Made by a program: the position numbers and the translations under genes. A model generated the notes under the pieces. That model saw only the letters and a list, made by a program, of their open reading frames with translations, was not told where the DNA came from and ran no database searches. A stretch of 64,000 bases of DNA from Escherichia coli (GTDB lineage: Bacteria; Pseudomonadota; Gammaproteobacteria; Enterobacterales; Enterobacteriaceae): assembly GCF_022846255.1 (NCBI RefSeq), contig NZ_AP025682.1; one strand, given 5' to 3'. Within the stretch, counting starts at the first letter, position 1; each line of letters begins with the position of its first letter. Shown here in pieces: positions 56,890-64,000 of this stretch.

Positions 56890-58314
56890 TAATGCCAGTC
56901 AGTTAAGCAACTGACTGGCTCTTTTTCGGGGCTGTGGGGTATTTCCAGGGCCTCTCCTTTACCACTCTCGGGAAGGCCCTTTCCCTTCTTGTCGGTAATT
57001 TCACAAGTTGTCCCATACTTGCAAGATCGCGCATCAGCTCCGGTATACGTCCCGGTGAAGCGCCCTGCAATGTCATCAGCATTCTCATCACCATTCCACA
57101 TGATTCTGAGAAACTCAGTTGATTCGGCCAGTAACCTTTCAGATGTTCCGCCATTTTAATCATCTGATATCTCACCAGATTATAAGCCAGTAAGACACCC
57201 CACAGCTCTTGCTCCACAAGCTCCGGTTTTTTACTTCTCAGCGTCAGCCTGCTCAGTTGCATCGTCTGTTTTATCTCCCTGTATCCCAGTTCGATTTCCC
57301 AGCGATGACTGTACAGATCCGCCATTTCTCCTCCGGGGAAGCGCATGGCGTCCGTCATCGACGTCAGCAGATGGCAGACTTTTCCTTTGCGCGTCACGGT
57401 CAGCAGGCGGGCTGTCACTTCATTTCCCAGTCCCGGCCACTTTTTTCGTGCCTGCGGGCTGGTTTTCAGCTTCACCAGATGATCGCCTTTACCCAGTTTT
57501 CTGATCTCTTCATATTGCGCTCCCTTTCTGAGAGGTATCATCCAGTGGCGGTGTTCTCCCGCCAGGCTCCAGGCATTTAACAGTCCCAGTGAGTAATAAC
57601 CTTTATCCATTAACGTCAGAGTGTTATCGCCGGTTTGTTCTATAAGTTGCTCAGCAAGCTCATTTTCGCTGTTCTTCATCGTGCCGAAGGCTGCAGCCGT
57701 CAGCAGATGGCTGGTCAGTTCCATCTGGCAGACCATTTTGACCTGCGGGTAGAGCGCCGGGTTCCCGGCATGTGTCTGGCGGGGGAAGGCTGCATCGTTC
57801 TCTGGTGTATCCGGTGTGCGCCAGAACACACCATCGATGGCCAGCAGGGTCAGGCCGCACCAGTGCGGATGCGGCGTGGCGTTATGCCAGAGCTGCGCTG
57901 TTTTCGTGAACACGCGGCGGACAGCCTCACTTCCCAGGCGCTGGCGGGCCTGAATAACGGCACTGGGGGCAACGAAGGGGCGATTGCCCGGCAGCATGAT
58001 GTCCAGGCGATTCACAATCTGGTGAAGAGGTTCTTTACGCTCAAGCGCCATGCCAACAATACACCAGACCATCATTTCGAGGGGAAGACGGCGCTTGCGT
58101 AGCGTTACAGTACCTGATTCGGCAAGGCAACGAGAGATGAGTTCGGGGTCGAGGTAATCCCCCAGAGAAGTCAGTGGGTTACGCAGAGAATCGTAACGGG
58201 ATACCAGATCAAGAGCCTGTCCAATGTGCATAAAAAAATCCGGAAACAAGTGAGCGTTTCCGGATTCTTACACAGCCACTGGATCGGTCAACTGATCCTT
58301 AACTGATCGGCATT
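56890..58314 (-). mobile_element. IS4 insertion sequence (complete)
   Basis: 1425 bp; 18-bp imperfect terminal inverted repeats TAATGCCAGTCAGTTAAG / TAATGCCGATCAGTTAAG (16/18); full transposase ORF; flanked by an 11-bp direct repeat. Confidence 0.9.
56903..58231 (-). CDS. insG: IS4 transposase (DDE)
   Basis: ORF 56903-58249; start set at [16 protein letters not shown]..., 442 aa, matching the IS4 InsG sequence as I recall it. Confidence 0.92.
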   Translation of the reverse strand: MHIGQALDLVSRYDSLRNPLTSLGDYLDPELISRCLAESGTVTLRKRRLPLEMMVWCIVGMALERKEPLHQIVNRLDIMLPGNRPFVAPSAVIQARQRLGSEAVRRVFTKTAQLWHNATPHPHWCGLTLLAIDGVFWRTPDTPENDAAFPRQTHAGNPALYPQVKMVCQMELTSHLLTAAAFGTMKNSENELAEQLIEQTGDNTLTLMDKGYYSLGLLNAWSLAGEHRHWMIPLRKGAQYEEIRKLGKGDHLVKLKTSPQARKKWPGLGNEVTARLLTVTRKGKVCHLLTSMTDAMRFPGGEMADLYSHRWEIELGYREIKQTMQLSRLTLRSKKPELVEQELWGVLLAYNLVRYQMIKMAEHLKGYWPNQLSFSESCGMVMRMLMTLQGASPGRIPELMRDLASMGQLVKLPTRRERAFPRVVKERPWKYPTAPKKSQSVA

Positions 58315-58325
58315 ACAGCCTAGCT
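58315..58325. repeat. IS4 target-site duplication, right copy (CAGCCTAGCTG)
   Basis: Identical to 56879-56889. Confidence 0.8.
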
Positions 58326-58341
58326 GGGGGTTTTCTGTGCA

Positions 58342-58373
58342 CAAAAATGCCCGCCCCGGCGATCCCGGAGCGG
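58342..58373 (-). terminator. rho-independent terminator of flgL
   Basis: gcccgctccgggatcgccggggcgggc hairpin followed by attttt on the minus strand, 45 bp past the flgL stop. Confidence 0.7.
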
Positions 58374-58417
58374 GCAGACAAAACATACCCAGTTTCATGA
58401 TATGTTTTAAAGCGAGC

Positions 58418-59371
58418 TTATTTGTTGAGCTGGAAGAGCGACAATCCCTGCATATCGGTAAATGCTTTATACGATGCCTGCAATGCCGTTTGCTGCATGA
58501 TGTAAGATGAAATAGTTGCATTCCAGTCCACATCAACCAGATCGCTCATCTGCTGCGTTTGCCCTAAAGCGCGATCGCTACCTAATGAATCAAGCGACTC
58601 CAGTTCGTTCAGCTGCGTGCCTAATTCCGCGCGAACAGTCAGCACATTGTTCAGCGAGTTTTTCAGTCCGCGGTTGGTTTTATCCAGTGCCGCAGCGGCG
58701 GTTTCTTTATCCGCTTCGCTATCCGCGACCGGCGTTTTCAGGGCTGCGATGGCGCTATCCAGCATGGCAAAAAGATTGGTTTCAGAAGCGCTACCGTCTG
58801 GTTCCGCTACCGCGTTGCTGGTAATACTGTCGAAAATTTTGTCGCCCGTATGTCCTATCACCATCGAACGCGAAGCATCGACCTGTTGTTTAATACTTTC
58901 TGTTCCGCCGACATAATCACCGTCAGCCTCACTAAACGGCGCAGTCTCTGTTTTATAACCGGCAAAAATGTAGCGCCCGTTACCGTCAGTGGTGTTCGCC
59001 AGATTCAGTAACTGATCACGAAGCCCCTGAATATCCGTAGCCAGTGAGGCCCGGTCATCGTCACTCAAGGTGCCATTGCTGGCGTAGACAATTTTTTCCT
59101 GAGCATTCTGGATAGCAGTGGTGACCTGGCTAAGCACACTCTCTTCCAGTGACACTTTTTGAGTGGCGAAAGTACGCGCCAGCGTGTACTGGCTGTTTTG
59201 CGCCTGTGCCTGGGAGAGAACAACAGCTTGTGATGCAGCAATGGGATCGTCTGAAGGGTTAACGACTCGCTTACCCGTCGACATCTGTTCGCCGTACTTC
59301 ATCCATTCTGCCTGAGAATTGGTGATGCCGCGCATGTTTTGCTGGTACATCATCTGGGTACTGAAACGCAT
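58418..59371 (-). CDS. flgL: flagellar hook-associated protein 3 (hook-filament junction)
   Basis: 317 aa, FlgL-like. Confidence 0.94.
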   Translation of the reverse strand: MRFSTQMMYQQNMRGITNSQAEWMKYGEQMSTGKRVVNPSDDPIAASQAVVLSQAQAQNSQYTLARTFATQKVSLEESVLSQVTTAIQNAQEKIVYASNGTLSDDDRASLATDIQGLRDQLLNLANTTDGNGRYIFAGYKTETAPFSEADGDYVGGTESIKQQVDASRSMVIGHTGDKIFDSITSNAVAEPDGSASETNLFAMLDSAIAALKTPVADSEADKETAAAALDKTNRGLKNSLNNVLTVRAELGTQLNELESLDSLGSDRALGQTQQMSDLVDVDWNATISSYIMQQTALQASYKAFTDMQGLSLFQLNK

Positions 59372-59382
59372 TTTATCTCCCC

Positions 59383-61026
59383 TTAGCGAATGTTAATCAG
59401 CGCATCAAAAATCGCGTTTGCCGTCTGCAGAACCTGCGCATTCGCAAGGTAATACTGCTGAAAACGTTGCAGATTTCCATACTCCTCATCGAGATTGACA
59501 CCGGAAATCGACTGCTGCTGATTGGAAAGCTGCGTCACCACATTCCCTTGCGTGGTGCTACTGGTTTTCAACGTCGCGGTTTTATTACCGATATCACTCA
59601 CTAACGAGGCATAAGCGTCGTTAAAGGATTTCGCTCCGCCCACCGTTTTACTGTTGCTTTGCAGATCGAGCAGGGCCTGACCGTTGCGGTTGTCGCTATC
59701 ACCCGCATCTTCTGCGCTCGCCATGGCGATTTTCGCTTCGTCGGTGATTAATACATCCATGTTGACGATGGCGTCACTTACCGGTTTCAGTGTGAAGCTG
59801 TCGTTAACGGCAGGCGTTCCTGTAAACGTCAACTCCAGACCATCAAATGCCACTTTACCGTTGGCATCCGGCGTCACCGTAAAAGTGGTATTACTGGCAA
59901 GGCGGGTGACCTGCCACTGATTATTATCGAACGAGATTTTGTAATCTGTCGCCAGTACCGCGGAGGCATCAGTTACCGTTGCACCGATCGCAACGTCACC
60001 TTTGTTTTTCGTGTTTTGCAGAACCGTGGGCTTACCGATAGCAAAGAAATCTTCACCGGCAACGCCGTTAGCATCAAATCCGGCTTTGTGTTGGGTGTTG
60101 AAAGCTTCGGCAAATGCCAGCGCCAGTTGTCCAAGCGTATTACGCGTCTGGTCAAGATCCTGAGAACGGAATGTCAGAATGCCGCCCAGCGACCCGGTAT
60201 TCAGTAATTTTTCAGGGATCTCAATATTGCCTGCCGTCCCATCAACATAAGCGACAGTCGTACGAGAAGGGTCGGCGCTGGAAGGAACTGCCGCCAGCTG
60301 CCGCGCCGTACTTCCCTGAACCAGTGAGTAGCCATTGGCCATCGTGATGTTATAAGTGCCACCATCCTGAACGCTGACTTCTACGCCAACAATCTGGTTT
60401 AATTCGCTCACCAGTTGATCGCGTTGATCCAGCAGATTGTTAGGTGACGCCCCTGCCCCCACGCCTGTCAGGCGGGAGATCTGATCGTTCAGGCTGGCGA
60501 TTTGTTTAGCGTAATTGTTGATCTGATCAACGCTGGCACCTATCGCGATATTGACCTGTTTGTCCTGGTCGCGCAGATATTGATCGGTGGTTTTAAACTG
60601 ATTCACCAATCCTTCTGATTTCCCAATCAGCGCCTGGCGCGCTGCCGGATCTTCCGCGTTACTCACCAGCGTTTGCAGGCTGGTGAAGAAATCCTGCATC
60701 TGTGTTGCCAGCGAAGAGGTACTGGTGGAGAGCATATTGTCGATTTTCGACATCTGCTCATAGCGGGCGGTCAGGCCGCTACTTTGCGTCTGCGCAGCAC
60801 GTAACTGGTTGGTAATAAACGCATCATACTCACGCTGCACACCAGAAACGTAGACGCCATTGCCAACCCAGCCGCCAGCGCCCAACGTGCTATTGGCCTG
60901 CGCCATAATAGTGGTTTGGCGGGTATATCCGGCAACGTTATAGCTGGAGATATTATTACTTGCCGTATTTAACGCCGCCTGGGCCGCGTTCAGTCCGCTC
61001 ATGGCGTTATTGATCAAGCTGGACAT
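59383..61026 (-). CDS. flgK: flagellar hook-associated protein 1
   Basis: 547 aa, FlgK-like. Confidence 0.94.
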   Translation of the reverse strand: MSSLINNAMSGLNAAQAALNTASNNISSYNVAGYTRQTTIMAQANSTLGAGGWVGNGVYVSGVQREYDAFITNQLRAAQTQSSGLTARYEQMSKIDNMLSTSTSSLATQMQDFFTSLQTLVSNAEDPAARQALIGKSEGLVNQFKTTDQYLRDQDKQVNIAIGASVDQINNYAKQIASLNDQISRLTGVGAGASPNNLLDQRDQLVSELNQIVGVEVSVQDGGTYNITMANGYSLVQGSTARQLAAVPSSADPSRTTVAYVDGTAGNIEIPEKLLNTGSLGGILTFRSQDLDQTRNTLGQLALAFAEAFNTQHKAGFDANGVAGEDFFAIGKPTVLQNTKNKGDVAIGATVTDASAVLATDYKISFDNNQWQVTRLASNTTFTVTPDANGKVAFDGLELTFTGTPAVNDSFTLKPVSDAIVNMDVLITDEAKIAMASAEDAGDSDNRNGQALLDLQSNSKTVGGAKSFNDAYASLVSDIGNKTATLKTSSTTQGNVVTQLSNQQQSISGVNLDEEYGNLQRFQQYYLANAQVLQTANAIFDALINIR

Positions 61027-61059
61027 GGAGGTTCCTTATAAGCCTTCAATTACAGAGTA

Positions 61060-61086
61060 TTATCGGCAGCGACCCGCCGGACTTGA
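61060..61086 (-). promoter_or_regulatory. candidate sigma28 (FliA) class-3 promoter for flgKL
   Basis: Minus strand reads TCAAGTCC-N11-GCCGATAA; the -10 matches the sigma28 consensus GCCGATAA exactly; it lies in the 3' end of flgJ, about 35 bp upstream of the flgK ATG. Confidence 0.6.
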
Positions 61087-61091
61087 GTTAT

Positions 61092-62033
61092 TCAGAACAG
61101 ATTATCAATGTTCATACTGTAGGTTTTGCTCACTTTGTCGCTTATCGATTTCATCTGCTGAATCATGTTGGTGAGTTTGCGGGCATAGTGAGGATCGGTG
61201 GCATAGCCCGCGTCCTGTAGGGCCTGTGCCCCCTGCTCCGCACTCACGGCGGTCGTCACGGCAGCGTAGCGCGGATTACGTGTTAACAGCCCAACGTAAT
61301 CCGACAATGCTTCCAGATACGAGCTGTAGACCCGAAATTTCGCTTTTACTTTCTTCGCTTCGCCGTTTTCATATTCAGTCGTGGTGATTTCAGTGACTGG
61401 CCCTTTCCAGTTGCCAGAGGCTTTGACGCCAAACAGGTTGTAACTCGGCTCGCCGTTTTCGCGGCGGATTTGCCGTTGTCCCCAGCCAGATTCCAGCGCC
61501 GCCTGAGCGAGGATCAAATGATGTGGCACACCGCTTTGCTGGCTTGCCAGTTGGGCGGGCAGTGAGAGTTGCGCGAGGAATGCTTTACTGTTACCCGGCA
61601 ACGAATCATCGTAGTTACGTGGTACGGCCTTTTGCACCAGCTGAGAAAGCGCCTGATTTTGATAACGCACCACAGTTTCGAGCGGGAATTTCATCGGTGC
61701 TGCTGGCGTGGGCTCCTCTGGCAATGGTTGTTCTGGCGTCATCTGTTTAACCATCATCTCTGCAAGCCCCAGACCTTTGCCCGCCGTCATCTGTTGGGCA
61801 ATCTGCTGGTCATACATACTGGTATACAGGCGAGTGTGCTCGCTGCTGAACAGGCCATCTTTTGGTAAAGCGTCGCGCATGCTTTTCAACATCATCTGCA
61901 CGAACATCCCTTCCACCTGGCGGGCCACCGGACGGATATTTGCCGCTGGATCTTCGCCAGCTTTCGCCTTTAGTTCGTTGAGTGATTGCGCATCCCAGGC
62001 CGCACTTGCCAGTAGTTTGCTGTCGCTGATCAT
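61092..62033 (-). CDS. flgJ: flagellar rod-assembly protein / peptidoglycan hydrolase FlgJ
   Basis: ORF 61092-62063; start set at [16 protein letters not shown]..., 313 aa. Confidence 0.92.
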   Translation of the reverse strand: MISDSKLLASAAWDAQSLNELKAKAGEDPAANIRPVARQVEGMFVQMMLKSMRDALPKDGLFSSEHTRLYTSMYDQQIAQQMTAGKGLGLAEMMVKQMTPEQPLPEEPTPAAPMKFPLETVVRYQNQALSQLVQKAVPRNYDDSLPGNSKAFLAQLSLPAQLASQQSGVPHHLILAQAALESGWGQRQIRRENGEPSYNLFGVKASGNWKGPVTEITTTEYENGEAKKVKAKFRVYSSYLEALSDYVGLLTRNPRYAAVTTAVSAEQGAQALQDAGYATDPHYARKLTNMIQQMKSISDKVSKTYSMNIDNLF

Positions 62034-63130
62034 CAGATGATTTCCAGTTTTGCCCGCAGACATCCCGCACTTTGCATTGATTGCAAAATAGACATCAGAT
62101 CCATCGGCGTAGCGCCCAGCGCATTGAGCGCGCGCACCACGTTATTGAGGCTGGCGCTGGAACGTACGCTTTGCAGCGAACCGCCGCTCTGGCGTAAATC
62201 GATCTGCGTTTGTGGAGTAACCACAGTCTGTCCACCACCAAACGGTGTATCTGGCTGGCTGACATTGGCCTGACGATTGACCGTAACCGAGAGATTCCCC
62301 TGCGCTACTGCGCAGCTGTCGAGGGTCACTTCGCGATTCATCACCACCGAGCCAGTGCGCGAGTTAATCACTACTTTAGCGTCCTGCGGGGTGACATTAA
62401 CCTGCATATTCTGAATATCGGCAAGGAAACGGACCTGGGAACTGTTGCCACTTGGTACGCGCACCTGAATAGTCCGCGCATCTAACGCGGTGGCGCTGCC
62501 ATATCCACGCACGCGGTTGATGGTGTCAGCGATTTGCTGCGCCATGCTGAAATCTTCGTCGTTAAGTTGCAAATTAAGGGTATTCCCGACGCCAAACTGG
62601 CTGGGCAATTCACGTTCAATAACCGCACCATTGGTGATCCGTCCACCGTTCAGTTGGTTCACCTGAACACTGCTACCGCCAGCAGAGGCTCCTGCGCCGC
62701 CAACCAGAATATTGCCCTGCGCCAGAGCATACACCTGACTGTCAACGCCCTTAAGCGGTGTCATCAACAACGTACCGCCACGCAAGCTTTTGGCATTACC
62801 CATGGAAGAAACCACCACATCGATGGTTTGCCCCTGGCGTCCAAACGGCGGAAGTGACGCCGTCACCATTACCGCAGCGACGTTTTTTAGCTGCATATTG
62901 GTGCCCGTCGGAACGGTAATTCCCAGCTGTGAGAGCATGTTATTAAGCGTTTGTGTGGTAAACGGCGTCTGGGTTGTCTGGTCACCGGTTCCATCCAGCC
63001 CCACCACCAGGCCATAGCCAATCAGTGAGTTTTGCCTTACCCCCTGAACACTGGTGAGATCGCGAATACGCTCAGCCTGAGCCGCCGTGATAACCAGTAG
63101 AAGAATTAATGCAGAGAGAAATTTAATCAC
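62033..63130 (-). CDS. flgI: flagellar P-ring protein
   Basis: 365 aa from a probable GTG at 63130 ([12 protein letters not shown]...); signal peptide. Confidence 0.93.
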   Translation of the reverse strand: MIKFLSALILLLVITAAQAERIRDLTSVQGVRQNSLIGYGLVVGLDGTGDQTTQTPFTTQTLNNMLSQLGITVPTGTNMQLKNVAAVMVTASLPPFGRQGQTIDVVVSSMGNAKSLRGGTLLMTPLKGVDSQVYALAQGNILVGGAGASAGGSSVQVNQLNGGRITNGAVIERELPSQFGVGNTLNLQLNDEDFSMAQQIADTINRVRGYGSATALDARTIQVRVPSGNSSQVRFLADIQNMQVNVTPQDAKVVINSRTGSVVMNREVTLDSCAVAQGNLSVTVNRQANVSQPDTPFGGGQTVVTPQTQIDLRQSGGSLQSVRSSASLNNVVRALNALGATPMDLMSILQSMQSAGCLRAKLEII

Positions 63131-63141
63131 CACAGTCTCAC

Positions 63142-63840
63142 TTACATTGGCGACAGGTTAAGGAAGAAACGCTGCAACCAGCCCATATTTTGCGCTTCGT
63201 TAATGTAGCCATTGCCTACGTATTCAATGCGCGCATCCGCCACCTGAGTAGATGGTACGGTATTGCTGCCGCTGATAGTGCGTGGATTAACCACGCCAGA
63301 GAAGCGAATAAATTCGGTACCCTGATTAATGGCGATCTGTTTTTCACCCACCACATGCAGGTTGCCGTTGACCAGTACCTGGTCAACCGTCACCGTCAAC
63401 GTACCGCTAAAGGTATTGCTGGCATTGGCCCCGCCTTTTCCGTTGAACGTGTTACCACCGGAGGCTTCGACATCGGCACGAGCGTTACCAAACAACCCCT
63501 GCAAATAGCGCGGCACAGTATCAAAGCCAAAATTAGTTTTACCGTCACGGCTGGCATTCGCAGAGGAGCTTTTGCTGGCGCTGACGTTCTCCTGCAACAC
63601 GATAGTCAGCGTATCGCCAATATTGCGTGGTCGACGATCTTCAAACAGCGGTTGATAGCCATAGTTAATCGGCTGAGCAGACTGGAAAATAGACCCGTTG
63701 GCGACGGGCGTCGGACCGGGAACCGGTTGTGCACTGGTCGCCCCTTGTACCAGCGGCGTGGAGGGTATCCAGGCGCAGCCGGTTAGTGAAAGCACCAACA
63801 AGCTGGAAATGGCATAAGTATGCGCAGCGTTTTTTTGCAT
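63142..63840 (-). CDS. flgH: flagellar L-ring lipoprotein
   Basis: ORF 63142-63855; ATG at 63840 gives [22 protein letters not shown] (lipobox), 232 aa. Confidence 0.93.
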   Translation of the reverse strand: MQKNAAHTYAISSLLVLSLTGCAWIPSTPLVQGATSAQPVPGPTPVANGSIFQSAQPINYGYQPLFEDRRPRNIGDTLTIVLQENVSASKSSSANASRDGKTNFGFDTVPRYLQGLFGNARADVEASGGNTFNGKGGANASNTFSGTLTVTVDQVLVNGNLHVVGEKQIAINQGTEFIRFSGVVNPRTISGSNTVPSTQVADARIEYVGNGYINEAQNMGWLQRFFLNLSPM

Positions 63841-63892
63841 GGCTATCATCTTCAAAAATCAGTAAACCGGTGAACCTGCCACCGGTTAAGCC

Positions 63893-64000
<108 letters not shown>

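Larger units (their letters stand above)
56195..58340 (-). mobile_element. IS200-family element (IS200/IS605 family), interrupted by IS4; outer boundaries approximate
   Basis: Contains an IS200-type Y1 transposase gene, an RBS-sequestering stem-loop upstream of tnpA, and a left-end perfect palindrome that is split by the IS4 insertion; about 710 bp once IS4 and its duplication are removed. Confidence 0.65.

Noticed and set aside
58288-58536. 82-aa minus-strand ORF spanning the IS4 end, the flgL terminator and the flgL 3' end
   Set aside because: Overlaps the flgL coding sequence in another frame and crosses the IS4 junction; no independent support.
63841-63892. Inverted repeat accggtgaacctgccaccggt between flgG and flgH
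   Set aside because: Short intra-operon hairpin with no T-tract; could be an mRNA processing or stability element, but the evidence is too weak to call a feature.

Overview
This window reads as an Escherichia coli-type chromosomal segment, running from the 3' end of icd through rluE-nudJ-mnmA-hflD-purB, phoPQ, roxA, pepT, potABCD, ymfA-ycfZ, cobB-nagK-lolEDC, ycfT, mfd, ldtC, bhsA/comR, ycfJ, ndh, ycfP-nagZ-thiK-lpoB-ycfL-hinT, fhuE, ptsG, ycfH-holB-tmk-mltG-pabC, the fabF-acpP-fabG-fabD-fabH-plsX-rpmF-yceD fatty-acid cluster, yceF, rluC and rne, into flgL-K-J-I-H-G. Gene identities are from my recognition of the translated ORFs; no database search was run. About 58 protein genes are present, all apparently intact, with no tRNA, rRNA or CRISPR. 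The only accessory patch lies at about 55.3-58.4 kb between the convergent ends of rne and flgL. It holds a type II toxin-antitoxin pair (DUF1778/RHH antitoxin plus GNAT acetyltransferase toxin), an IS200-family element, and an IS4 copy nested in the IS200 left-end hairpin with an 11-bp target duplication. I found no convincing evidence of a larger undescribed system; the TA module and the nested IS arrangement are the most notable items, and both belong to known families.
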